Below the pieces are notes generated by a model. The model made no database searches and was not told the origin of the DNA. It saw nothing but the letters and a program-made list of their open reading frames with translations. From an uncultured Clostridia bacterium (GTDB taxonomy: Bacteria; Bacillota; Clostridia; Lachnospirales; Anaerotignaceae): 64,000 bases of DNA. Below, piece by piece: positions 1 to 9,920 of the stretch. A program made the translations under genes and the position numbers. Where the stretch lies: assembly GCA_910586765.1 (NCBI GenBank), contig CAJUJJ010000007.1, positions 16,687-80,686 of the forward strand. The letters run 5' to 3'. The stretch's first letter is position 1. Each line of letters starts with the position of its first letter.

Positions 1-104
1 AACAAATTAGATAATATACGACAGTATATTACACCATTTTATGAAATATACTGTTGTATATCGTATCAATTTGTCAAAATTTTTATAATAAAAATAGTAT
101 TTTA

Positions 105-1382
105 TTATTCTATTACATACTTTTGTAATCTATTTTCCATTTCTTCCTGTGCATATACCTCTAAATATACCCCTTCTGCTTTATGTTGTTCTGTCATAAT
201 CTCACATTTTCCATGTACCATATTTAAAAGGCTGCCTTCTGTATAAGGTAAAAAAACTTTCATAGATGTGCGAAAACTTTTTAACAATATTTCTATTTTT
301 TCAAGCATAGTATCTAAACCTTGTTTTGTTTTAGCAGAAATTGCTACTTTATCCCTTGCAATAGCATCAAGTGGTAAAGGTGTTTGTACATTTTTATCTA
401 TTTTATTATACACTGTTATTACTGGTGTTTTTTCACAATGTAACCCTTTTAAAGTTTGATATACCACGTCCATTTGCTCTTGTCTATTTTCATTAGAAGC
501 ATCTACTACATGGATTAAAATATCTGCAAAATTTAATTCCTCTAATGTAGCACGAAACGCTTGTATTAAATGATGGGGTAATTTTTGTATAAAACCTACC
601 GTATCTGTAAGTAATACTTCAGTGCCATTCGGTAATTTTACTTTTCTAGTAGTAGTATCTAATGTAGCAAAAAGTTTATCTTCTGCCAATACACCTGCAT
701 CTGTAAGTGTATTAATTAAAGTAGATTTTCCTGCATTAGTATAGCCTACTAAAGATAACAATGGTGTTCCTTTTTTATTTCTTTGATTTCTTAAAAGTTG
801 TCTATGTGTTTGAATTTGATTTAATTCTTGATTTAATTCTCCAATTCTATCTTTAATATGACGACGATTTGTTTCCAATTTTGTTTCTCCTGGACCTCTT
901 GTACCAATCCCTCCACCTAAACGGGACATAGATGCACCAATGCCAGCAAGTCTTGACAATCTATATTTTAGCTGTGCTAATTCCACTTGTATTTTTCCCT
1001 CTTTTGACATAGCACGAGAAGCAAAAATATCTAATATGACCATTGTCCTATCCATAATTTTAGTTTGAAGCATTTGCTCTAAATTTTTCATTTGGGCAGG
1101 TGACAACTCATCATCACAAACAATACCAGAAGCATCATAAGTTTGTATCATCATTTTGATTTCTTCCATTTTTCCTTTGCCTATATAATGACCAGAGTGT
1201 ATTCTTTCTCTTTTTTGTATTACTTTTGCTACTGTAATCGCACCAGCAGTTTTTACCAATTCTTCTAACTCATCTAAACAAGCCTCTGTGTTCATTGTTC
1301 CATTGTTTTCTAAATCTACACCTACTAATATCACCCTTTCTGGTGTTTGTTCCGATATATGAAGCTGTGTTTGTTTTGCCAT
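105..1382 (-). CDS. hflX: GTPase HflX (ribosome-splitting factor)
   Basis: GYTNAGKS P-loop, DKLFATLD, TDTVGFI, GIGTRGPGET; start moved to ATG 1382 behind GGAG. Confidence 0.96.
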   Translation of the reverse strand: MAKQTQLHISEQTPERVILVGVDLENNGTMNTEACLDELEELVKTAGAITVAKVIQKRERIHSGHYIGKGKMEEIKMMIQTYDASGIVCDDELSPAQMKNLEQMLQTKIMDRTMVILDIFASRAMSKEGKIQVELAQLKYRLSRLAGIGASMSRLGGGIGTRGPGETKLETNRRHIKDRIGELNQELNQIQTHRQLLRNQRNKKGTPLLSLVGYTNAGKSTLINTLTDAGVLAEDKLFATLDTTTRKVKLPNGTEVLLTDTVGFIQKLPHHLIQAFRATLEELNFADILIHVVDASNENRQEQMDVVYQTLKGLHCEKTPVITVYNKIDKNVQTPLPLDAIARDKVAISAKTKQGLDTMLEKIEILLKSFRTSMKVFLPYTEGSLLNMVHGKCEIMTEQHKAEGVYLEVYAQEEMENRLQKYVIE

Positions 1383-1462
1383 ATTATTTTTCACTCCTAT
1401 ACTTTTGTACAAAATTAGCGTTCCGATAAATTCGGCACGCTAATCAGTTTTTGCTATTGCCA

Positions 1463-2701
1463 TTAAAATTCAAATTCTACATCTGAAAGCCTTCTTTTTA
1501 TTTCTTCCATAACCTGTCTTTCTTCCTGCTCGCCATATGCTAAAAATGTTACTGTCATTCTGACGCAATGTTCTACATCGTCCCATGGCACTGTTGAAAT
1601 ACATTTTTCTCTAATCAGATATTGGCTAAAATCCTCTCCTGTCTTAAATCTTTCTCCCCCTTTTATTCCTTTTGGTACTTTAAAATAAAGATAAAAAGAG
1701 GCTTTCGGTTTTACTGCATCGAAACCTAAACTTCTCAATGTTTCTACAAGCATATCATGTCTGCGAGAGTATTTTTTATTTGTTTCCTCTGTAATTTCTG
1801 TATGTTCCATAGCATACTTACCAGCAAGTTGTATTGCAGCAAACTGCCCAGAGTCATTATTATCTTTTACTGTTGCAAATACCTTTACTGCTAGAGCATT
1901 ACCTACTACAAAAGCCATTCTCCAACCTGTCATATTAAATGCCTTACTTAAAGAATGAACTTCTATACAAACATCTTTTGCTCCTTCTAAAGAAAGTATG
2001 CTTAATGGTTCTGTACCATCAAATGTTAATGCGGCATAAGCTGCATCTTGTACTACCAGTATACTATTTTTTTTGGCAAATGCAATGACTTCTTTAAAAA
2101 ATTCTTTTGTAGCAAATGCTCCTGTAGGATTATTAGGATAATTGATGTAAAGAAGTTTTGCTTTTTTTACAATATTTTTAGGAATTGCCTTTAAATCTGG
2201 CAAATAGTTATTTTCTTTTTTCAAAGGCATATTATAAACTTCTCCGCCTAACCATTGTGTCATAGTACCCATAACAGGGTATCCTGGTACTGTCATAAGC
2301 GTTACATCTCCTGGATTGATAAAACATTGTGCTATCATAGCAAGAGCAGGTTTTGAACCAATCGCATGACAGATTTCTGTTTCTGGGTCAATTCCTTCTA
2401 CATGATATACTTTTTTCATATATTCTGCTGCTGCTTGCTGAAACTCTAGTATACCATTATCTGTATATCCTCTATTTTCCCATACTGCTGCCTGTTCTGC
2501 TAATGTTCTAATAACACCTTCATCTGCCATAGCATCAGGTTCTCCTACGCCTAAATCAATCATAGCCATTTCAGGGTGTTCTTGTTCAGCAAGACGTCTT
2601 GCTCTTTTTATTTTTTCAAATTTATAAATAACTGTATCTTTTCCAAATTTTTTTCCCCCTAATCTTTCCGCAATCAATTTTTGAATATAACTTTCTTTCA
2701 T
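1463..2701 (-). CDS. dapL: LL-diaminopimelate aminotransferase
   Basis: Class I/II PLP aminotransferase (NYPNNPTG, DAAY, SLSKAFNMTGWR) next to dapF; start 2701 behind AGGAGG. Confidence 0.85.
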   Translation of the reverse strand: MKESYIQKLIAERLGGKKFGKDTVIYKFEKIKRARRLAEQEHPEMAMIDLGVGEPDAMADEGVIRTLAEQAAVWENRGYTDNGILEFQQAAAEYMKKVYHVEGIDPETEICHAIGSKPALAMIAQCFINPGDVTLMTVPGYPVMGTMTQWLGGEVYNMPLKKENNYLPDLKAIPKNIVKKAKLLYINYPNNPTGAFATKEFFKEVIAFAKKNSILVVQDAAYAALTFDGTEPLSILSLEGAKDVCIEVHSLSKAFNMTGWRMAFVVGNALAVKVFATVKDNNDSGQFAAIQLAGKYAMEHTEITEETNKKYSRRHDMLVETLRSLGFDAVKPKASFYLYFKVPKGIKGGERFKTGEDFSQYLIREKCISTVPWDDVEHCVRMTVTFLAYGEQEERQVMEEIKRRLSDVEFEF

Positions 2702-2767
2702 AACAAAATCCTCCTTCTTTTTTTCATAGGTATATGTATACAAAATCATATGATTTTGATTGTTGTT

Positions 2768-3601
2768 TTATTTCAACCATATGCCATCAAAACAAAATCT
2801 TGCTTCTCCTGTCATATAAACATGATTGTCTTTTTCGTCCCATTTAATATGCAATGTTCCGCCTAACAGTATAATATCTGCTTCTCTTTTACAAATACCA
2901 TTTCTTGCTGTTGCCACAAGTGTTGCACAAGCACCTGTTCCACAAGCCATTGTTTCACCTGAGCCTCTTTCCCAAACTCTCATTTTTAAATGGGTATCAT
3001 CTACTACTTGTACAAATTCAATATTTGCTTTATTTGGAAAAAATGAATTAATTTCCAATATACTTCCGTATTTTTCTACCTCAAAAGTATCTGTATTTTC
3101 CACATAAGTAACTGCATGAGGGTTTCCCATAGATACACAGGTCATTTCAAATATTTTATCTTTTGCTGACAACATTTCTTTTTGTATAAATTCTCTATCA
3201 CTTAAAGTAGGTATTTTTTTACCTTCAAATATAGGTTCTCCCATATCTACTGTAACAGTATCTACTACACCATTTTTAATATGTAATTGTAAATATTTTA
3301 TGCCTGCTAATGTGCTAAGAGAAATGTTTGTTTTATTTGTTAAACCTCTATCATATACAAATTTTCCAACACATCTGCTGGCATTACCACACATTTCTCC
3401 CTCTGAACCATCAGCATTAAACATTCTCATTCTAAAATCAGCTTCTTCGCTTGGCATTATCATAACAATGCCATCAGCTCCTACACCAAAATGTCTTTCA
3501 CTCATTGTTATCGCTAATTGCTGTGGATTTGTTACAGTTTCTTCAAAACAGTTGATATAAATATAATCATTTCCGCAGCCTTCCATTTTTGTAAATTTCA
3601 A
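2768..3601 (-). CDS. dapF: Diaminopimelate epimerase
   Basis: KMEGCGNDY, EMCGNA, GNPH, RVWERGSGETMACGTG; probable TTG start. Confidence 0.96.
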   Translation of the reverse strand: MKFTKMEGCGNDYIYINCFEETVTNPQQLAITMSERHFGVGADGIVMIMPSEEADFRMRMFNADGSEGEMCGNASRCVGKFVYDRGLTNKTNISLSTLAGIKYLQLHIKNGVVDTVTVDMGEPIFEGKKIPTLSDREFIQKEMLSAKDKIFEMTCVSMGNPHAVTYVENTDTFEVEKYGSILEINSFFPNKANIEFVQVVDDTHLKMRVWERGSGETMACGTGACATLVATARNGICKREADIILLGGTLHIKWDEKDNHVYMTGEARFCFDGIWLK

Positions 3602-3665
3602 AAAAAACACTCCCTTTTTATGTAACTTTTTATCATATGCGGGGCAATATTGCCCCTAAAAAATA

Positions 3666-3875
3666 TCATCGTGATGATGTTGATGATATACCCTTATAAA
3701 ATGTTAATGCGTATATTCCTGCTAATCCTACAACTGCAAATATAATTCTTGCAATCCAGAAAAAAGCACCACCAAATATAGATGTTACTAAATCAAATCC
3801 AAAAAATCCTATTAGTCCCCAGTTTAATGCACCTATGATAACTAATGTTAATACTATCCAGTTGATATTTTTCAT
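3666..3875 (-). CDS. DUF378 (YuzA-like) small membrane protein
   Basis: LVIIGALNWGLIGFFGFDLV signature; AGGAGG before ATG 3875. Confidence 0.88.
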   Translation of the reverse strand: MKNINWIVLTLVIIGALNWGLIGFFGFDLVTSIFGGAFFWIARIIFAVVGLAGIYALTFYKGISSTSSR

Positions 3876-3956
3876 AGATACAACCTCCTTTAGAAAATAA
3901 TAAATAAATGCAGCGGATTTCCGCACAATTATCTTCTCCAAAGTCATTCAATTTTA

Positions 3957-5219
3957 TTAGAAAGTATTTTCCAATGCTTTTTCTAAGCAAACATTTTTTA
4001 TATTTCCCACAATAGAAACACTCATATTTTGTTTTATAAATATCTTTTCTATTACTTTTTGTATATCTTCTGCTGTTATTTTTTCAATTTGCTGTAATAT
4101 TTCTTCTGTATCTTGTACAAATCCTCTTAAAAGTACAGAAGCACCAGAAGCAGTCATTAAATTAACGGTACTTTCTTGTCCTATAATAAAATTACTAATC
4201 ATTTGTTCTTTTGTCACATCAATCAATTTTTGAGAAAGCTTATTTTCTTTTAATATTTTTATTTCATCAAATATCAATTCTATTACTTTCTCCGTTTGAT
4301 TGGGATTCATGCCAGCATAAATAGCAAATAAACCACTGTCTACATAAGCAGAAGTATAACTATATATTGTATAAGTTAATCCATTTTCTTCTCTTACCTT
4401 TTGGAATAAGCGAGAACTCATACCCCCGCCAAATATTGTATTAAATACCGCTAAAGCATATTTTTGAGAGTGGTCTCTTTCTAATGCTGGAAAAGCTATA
4501 CATAAATGTACTTGTTCAATATCTTTTTCTCTTTTTACAATATTAGGTGTATATATTGTTTTCGTATCATAATACACAAAATCATTTTTTCTTTTCCACT
4601 GACCTAATGTTTTATTTAATTTTAAAAACATTTCTTCTGTATCAAAGTGTCCTGCTACAGAAATTATTGTATTTTCCGTATGATAACGTTTTTCAAAAAA
4701 GTCCTTCATATTTTCTGTATGAAATTTTGAAATACTTTCCACAGTACCCAATATAGGCTGCCCTAAACTACTGTCTTTCCAAATTGCTTCTTGCAAACTA
4801 TCATGCACTAATTCTTCTGGTGCATCTTCATACATATTAATTTCTTCTATTATGACATTTCTTTCTCTTTCAATATCTTTTTGTTCAAAACGAGAACGTA
4901 AAAACATATCACTTATTACGTCTAATGCTCTATCAAAATGTTTGTCTAATACTCTTGTATGATAACAAGTATATTCTTTTGTAGTATAGGCATTTATTTG
5001 TCCTCCAACAGCATCCATTTCTTCTGCAATTTGTTTTGCTGTTCTGTTTTCTGTTCCTTTAAAAAGCATATGTTCTATAAAATGTGACATACCATTATAT
5101 TCTGGTTTTTCATTGCGAGAACCATTTCTTACCCATATACCAAACGAAATACTTCTCACATAGTCAATTTCTTCTAATACTACTTTAACACCATTATCTA
5201 ATTTTTTTATAATTACCAT
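3957..5219 (-). CDS. M16 (pitrilysin-family) zinc peptidase, MlpA-like
   Basis: HFIEH inverted zinc motif, GGGMSSRLFQ; typical position after pnp. Confidence 0.92.
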   Translation of the reverse strand: MVIIKKLDNGVKVVLEEIDYVRSISFGIWVRNGSRNEKPEYNGMSHFIEHMLFKGTENRTAKQIAEEMDAVGGQINAYTTKEYTCYHTRVLDKHFDRALDVISDMFLRSRFEQKDIERERNVIIEEINMYEDAPEELVHDSLQEAIWKDSSLGQPILGTVESISKFHTENMKDFFEKRYHTENTIISVAGHFDTEEMFLKLNKTLGQWKRKNDFVYYDTKTIYTPNIVKREKDIEQVHLCIAFPALERDHSQKYALAVFNTIFGGGMSSRLFQKVREENGLTYTIYSYTSAYVDSGLFAIYAGMNPNQTEKVIELIFDEIKILKENKLSQKLIDVTKEQMISNFIIGQESTVNLMTASGASVLLRGFVQDTEEILQQIEKITAEDIQKVIEKIFIKQNMSVSIVGNIKNVCLEKALENTF

Positions 5220-5360
5220 AATCACTATTCTCCCATCAAAACGAATTAGCATTAGCATAGGCATTTTTTTAATATTTATACATAATAATAGGGCTGCAAC
5301 AATAGACAGTAATTTTCTGTCTTTTTGTATACAACCCCATTGTTGTTATGTCATTATTTA

Positions 5361-7472
5361 TTATTTATCTGCATCTTTTACAGAAAGATTTAATCTGCCT
5401 TGACTGTCAATTTCAAGCAATTTTACTCTTACAGCATCTCCTACAGAAACAACATCTTCTACTTTTGCTACTCTTTGTGGAGATAATTTTGAAATATGAA
5501 CAAGTCCTTCTTTTCCTGGAGCAATCTCAACAAAAGCACCAAATGCCATTAATCTTGTTACAGTACCTCTGTAAGTTTTTCCTGGCTCTGGCTCCATTAC
5601 AATGCCAGAAATCATTTCAATCGCTTTTTGAATATCGTCTGTATTTTTGCCCTTTATAAATATTCTGCCATCATCTTCTGTATCAATTTCACAGTTTGTT
5701 TCTTCTATAATCTTTTTAATCACTTTTCCTCTTGTTCCAATCACTTCTGCAATTTTATCCACATCAATGGTCATAGTTGCAATTTTAGGAGCATATGGAG
5801 AAAGTTCTTTTCTAGGTTCTGCAATCGCTTTTGCCATAACTTCATCTAATATATATGCTCTAGCTCTGCCTGTTTGTGCAAAAGCCTGTTCAATCATTTC
5901 AAATGTTAAGCCTTTTATTTTCATATCCATTTGAATTGCTGTAATACCTTTATGTGTTCCTGCTACTTTAAAGTCCATATCTCCAAAGAAATCTTCTAAT
6001 CCTTGAATGTCTGTAATTTCTATAAAATCATCATCTGCTTCTCCTGTTACAAGTCCAACTGAAATGCCCGCTACAGGACGTTTAATAGGTACACCTGCTG
6101 CCATAAGGGATAATGTTGAACCACATATACTTGCTTGAGAAGTAGAACCATTAGAGCTCAAAATATCAGAAACTAATCTAATCGCATATGGAAATTCTTC
6201 TTCACTTGGAATAACAGGTAACAATGCTCTTTCTGCTAAAGCACCATGTCCAATTTCACGACGTCCTGGTCCCCTAGATGATTTTGCTTCTCCCACTGAA
6301 AATCCTGGAAAATTATAGTGATGAATATATCTTTTATAAGTTTCTGTTTCATCTAATCCATCTAATTTTTGCATTTCTGCAATAGCACCTAATGTTGTAA
6401 CAGTTAATGCTTGTGTTTGTCCTCTTGAGAACAATGCAGAACCATGTACTCTTGGTAAAACATCTACTTCTGCAGAAAGAGGTCTGATTTCTTCAATACC
6501 ACGACCATCAGGACGCTTATGTTCTCTCAATATCATTCTTCTTACTGTACTTTTTTCAAATTTATAAATTGTTTCATCAATCAATGTAACAATGTCTGTT
6601 TCTTCTCCTACTTCTGCTATCAATTTTTCTGTAAGATTTTCATTGACTTCTTCTGTAATTGCTTTTATTTTGGCATCTCTGTCTTGTTTCTTTTCTGCAT
6701 AAACTGCTTCTTCCATACGAGCATCTGTAATATATTCCCTAATCATATTGTAGACATTTTCTGGAATAATATGTTCTTCATAAGGTGCTTTTTCTTTTCC
6801 TTCTTTTTCAACAATTTCTTCTATCCATTTTACAATCTTTCCATTTTCTTCATGTGCAAGACGAATTGCTTTCATCATTAAATCATCTGGAATTTCATAA
6901 GCTCCTGCTTCTATCATCATTACTTTATCTTTTTTAGAAGATACTGTTAATGATAAAAGTGTTGTTTCTTTTTGTTCTGCTGTAGGATTGACAACAAGCT
7001 CCCCATCACAATAACCAATATTAACAGAACCTACAGGGTCAGTAAATGGTATATCAGAAATATTTAATGCCAAAGCTGCACCAATCATAGCAGTTACCTC
7101 TGGTGAACAGTCTTGGTCTACTGCCATTACTGTAGCAACAATGCTAACATCATTTCTATAATCTTTTGGAAAAAGGGGTCTCATAGGTCTGTCAATACAC
7201 CTAGAAGTCAATATTGCTTTTTCAGAAGGCCTTCCTTCTCTTTTAATAAATCCTCCTGGTATTTTTCCTACAGAATAAAGTCTTTCTTCATAATCAATGC
7301 TTAATGGAAAAAAGTCAATACCCTCTCTTGGTTTTTCAGATGCAGTTGCTGTTACTAATACAACAGTTTCTCCATAACGAAGCAATACAGCACCATTTGC
7401 TAATTCTGCTACTCTGCCAATTTCAGCAGTCAATGTTCTGCCTGCTAATTCCATAGTATAGCTTCTATACAT
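5361..7472 (-). CDS. pnp: Polynucleotide phosphorylase
   Basis: GRREIGHG, SNGSTS, GDMDFKVAG, KH and S1 domains. Confidence 0.98.
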   Translation of the reverse strand: MYRSYTMELAGRTLTAEIGRVAELANGAVLLRYGETVVLVTATASEKPREGIDFFPLSIDYEERLYSVGKIPGGFIKREGRPSEKAILTSRCIDRPMRPLFPKDYRNDVSIVATVMAVDQDCSPEVTAMIGAALALNISDIPFTDPVGSVNIGYCDGELVVNPTAEQKETTLLSLTVSSKKDKVMMIEAGAYEIPDDLMMKAIRLAHEENGKIVKWIEEIVEKEGKEKAPYEEHIIPENVYNMIREYITDARMEEAVYAEKKQDRDAKIKAITEEVNENLTEKLIAEVGEETDIVTLIDETIYKFEKSTVRRMILREHKRPDGRGIEEIRPLSAEVDVLPRVHGSALFSRGQTQALTVTTLGAIAEMQKLDGLDETETYKRYIHHYNFPGFSVGEAKSSRGPGRREIGHGALAERALLPVIPSEEEFPYAIRLVSDILSSNGSTSQASICGSTLSLMAAGVPIKRPVAGISVGLVTGEADDDFIEITDIQGLEDFFGDMDFKVAGTHKGITAIQMDMKIKGLTFEMIEQAFAQTGRARAYILDEVMAKAIAEPRKELSPYAPKIATMTIDVDKIAEVIGTRGKVIKKIIEETNCEIDTEDDGRIFIKGKNTDDIQKAIEMISGIVMEPEPGKTYRGTVTRLMAFGAFVEIAPGKEGLVHISKLSPQRVAKVEDVVSVGDAVRVKLLEIDSQGRLNLSVKDADK

Positions 7473-7593
7473 AAAAAATCTCCTTTACATAAATCTTTTT
7501 TCGCACTATAGACCTTCAGCTTTATCAACATAAAACAAAATATGTTTGCAAAGCTGGAAATCTATAGTGACGCTTCTCATTTTGATAATAGAA

Positions 7594-7617
7594 TAGAGAG
7601 GAAAAATTCTCCTCTCT
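7594..7617 (-). terminator. Terminator-like hairpin after rpsO
   Basis: AGAGAGGA...TCCTCTCT inverted repeat just past the rpsO stop. Confidence 0.6.
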
Positions 7618-7631
7618 ACTCTTGTCATTTT

Positions 7632-7895
7632 TTACTTTCTTAATCCTAAATTACTAATCAATTCACGATATTTTTCAATATCATTATCTTTTAAGTAATT
7701 CAAAAGACCACGTCTTTGACCAACCATTTTCAAAAGGCCACGTCTGGAATGATGGTCTTTTTTATGTGTTTTTAAATGGTCTGTCAATAATGTAATTCTT
7801 GCTGTTAACAACGCAATCTGTACTTCTGGTGAACCTGTATCAGATGGTGTTCTTCCATACTTTTGTATAATTTCTTGTTTGTTAATTGCTGGCAT
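7632..7895 (-). CDS. rpsO: 30S ribosomal protein S15
   Basis: [33 protein letters not shown] before ATG 7895. Confidence 0.98.
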   Translation of the reverse strand: MPAINKQEIIQKYGRTPSDTGSPEVQIALLTARITLLTDHLKTHKKDHHSRRGLLKMVGQRRGLLNYLKDNDIEKYRELISNLGLRK

Positions 7896-7927
7896 AATAA
7901 AAAGCCTCCTTAAAATAATAATAATAT

Positions 7928-7990
7928 TCGTATCCCCAAACGCTAAGTAAATGGTCGGAGCTTCCAAATACTGGGCATTGGTTTTACAGC
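7928..7990 (-). ncRNA. Firmicutes-type S15 autoregulatory leader
   Basis: AACCAATGCCCAGT...CTCCGACC...CTTAGCGTTTGGGGAT upstream of rpsO, downstream of a sigmaA promoter TTGTCA-17-TACACT (8025-7997). Confidence 0.7.
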
Positions 7991-8042
7991 TTCTTTAGTG
8001 TATCACATTTTTTAATACTTGACAAGTCTGTTTCTATAAATA

Positions 8043-8993
8043 TCATTGTTTTTCACGCCAAACATCATATTCTTTAGAAGCAAAATATTGTTTTGCACTT
8101 TCTGCATCTCTTTCCATCTGTTCTCTTAGTGCTTCTACAGAAGGAAATTTCTGCTCCTCTCTTATAAATTTAAAAAAATATGTTTGTATCGTTTCTCCAT
8201 AAACCATTTTTTTAAAATCAAAAAGATATGTTTCTACTACTTTCGTTGTTCCATCGACAGTAGGGTTTTTCCCAATATTTGTAACTCCGTAATATAGCTT
8301 ACCGTCGTGGAGTGTTTTTGTAGCATAAACACCATTAGGAGGAAATAATTTTTTAGTATGTGCTTTGATATTGACAGTAGGAAATCCTATTGTTCTGCCT
8401 AATTTTTTTCCTTGTGCTACTTCTCCTAATATAAAATAAGGAGAAATTAACATACGATTTGCTTCTTCTAAATTTTTATCTTTTAAACATTGACGTATTC
8501 TTGTACTACTTACTCTATCCCCTTCAAACAATACAGAAGGTACATAAATTACTTTTACGCCTCTTTGTTCTCCTAGAACTTTTAAAAGTTCATAATCTCC
8601 AGATTGATTTTTTCCAAATTTGTAATTTTCTCCTACAATAAGCACTTTACAATTTAATTGTTCAAATATTAAATTACAAGCAAATTCTTCAGCTGTCATA
8701 GAAGAAAACTCTTTATCAAAAGGATATTCAATATAAATATCTACTCCCATTTTCTCCATCATATATTCTTTTTCAGAAGGTGCCATAACAAGTGCAAAGT
8801 CTGGCTTTCTTCCAAAAACAAACATAGGGTGAGGAGAAAAGGATAATACAACACTTTTTAAATCTTCTTCTTTTGCAAATTGTTTTGTCAAACGAATTAA
8901 AGCTCTATGCCCCATATGCAAGCCGTCAAAATTGCCTATTGTAACTGCTGTAGGCTGTTGCTGTGTAATATTTGTATCTGTTATATGTTTCAT
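8043..8993 (-). CDS. ribF: Bifunctional riboflavin kinase/FAD synthetase
   Basis: IGNFDGLHMGH, VSSTRIR, GRTIGFPTVN. Confidence 0.96.
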   Translation of the reverse strand: MKHITDTNITQQQPTAVTIGNFDGLHMGHRALIRLTKQFAKEEDLKSVVLSFSPHPMFVFGRKPDFALVMAPSEKEYMMEKMGVDIYIEYPFDKEFSSMTAEEFACNLIFEQLNCKVLIVGENYKFGKNQSGDYELLKVLGEQRGVKVIYVPSVLFEGDRVSSTRIRQCLKDKNLEEANRMLISPYFILGEVAQGKKLGRTIGFPTVNIKAHTKKLFPPNGVYATKTLHDGKLYYGVTNIGKNPTVDGTTKVVETYLFDFKKMVYGETIQTYFFKFIREEQKFPSVEALREQMERDAESAKQYFASKEYDVWREKQ

Positions 8994-9004
8994 GATTGAC
9001 TCCT

Positions 9005-9910
9005 TTAAAGTAATATTTTTAAAGGCTTCATACATAGCCCATTTTTTTCTGTTATGATTTCATATATACCAATTAATACATTTTGACTATCATATCCTAA
9101 CACAGTCTGTCCTTGTATGATTGTTCCATTTACTTTTTCAAAAAAATGTTCATAAATTTTATTTCCATTGTATAATAGTTTATTTCCTTTAGACGATACT
9201 ACAATACTGCTATACTGCTCCAATGCTTTTTCTAAAGAAACTAATGCTTTTTGCAACTCATTTTTTTCTGCTAGTTCCTTTAACTTATCTAATGTGATAG
9301 CAGTATCTAAAGAAAACATGCCTGAAGAAGTTCTCAAAAGAGAACCCATATGTGCACCACAACCCAATTTTTTTCCAATATCTACACAAAGTGTCCTAAT
9401 ATAAGTTCCCTTTGAACAAGCAACATCTATTTCAAATTGGTCAGGTGGCATAAATTTCGTAATGTTAATATCAAATATTGTAATTGTTCTTTGTTTTCTT
9501 TCTATTTCTTTTCCTTCTCTTGCTAACTCATATAATTTTTTACCATTTACTTTAATCGCAGAATACATAGGAGGAGTTTGACAATAAGTACCTAAAAAAG
9601 AATATACTACTTCTTCTATTTTTTGTTGTTCAAATACAACTTCTTTTTTCTGTAATATTTCACCAGAAGCATCTTCTGTTGTTGTAGTTGTGCCCAATAC
9701 TACAACGGCTTTATAACTCTTTTTTCCATTCATAATATAATCAGCTAATTTTGTGCCTTTTCCTACACAAATAGGCAAAACTCCTTCTGCATCAGGGTCT
9801 AATGTGCCTGTATGTCCTACCTTTTTCTGTTGTATTATTTTACGTACTACTGCAACGACATCATGAGAAGTAAACCCTTTTTGTTTATAAATATTGAAAA
9901 TTCCGTCCAT
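9005..9910 (-). CDS. truB: tRNA pseudouridine(55) synthase
   Basis: GHTGTLDP, PPMYSAIK, CSKGTYIRTL. Confidence 0.97.
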   Translation of the reverse strand: MDGIFNIYKQKGFTSHDVVAVVRKIIQQKKVGHTGTLDPDAEGVLPICVGKGTKLADYIMNGKKSYKAVVVLGTTTTTEDASGEILQKKEVVFEQQKIEEVVYSFLGTYCQTPPMYSAIKVNGKKLYELAREGKEIERKQRTITIFDINITKFMPPDQFEIDVACSKGTYIRTLCVDIGKKLGCGAHMGSLLRTSSGMFSLDTAITLDKLKELAEKNELQKALVSLEKALEQYSSIVVSSKGNKLLYNGNKIYEHFFEKVNGTIIQGQTVLGYDSQNVLIGIYEIITEKNGLCMKPLKILL

Positions 9911-9920
9911 AATTTTCCCC

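Noticed and set aside
3602..3665. Lysine riboswitch ahead of dapF-dapL
   Set aside because: Spacer is only about 60 nt and holds just a short GGGGCAATATTGCCCC hairpin
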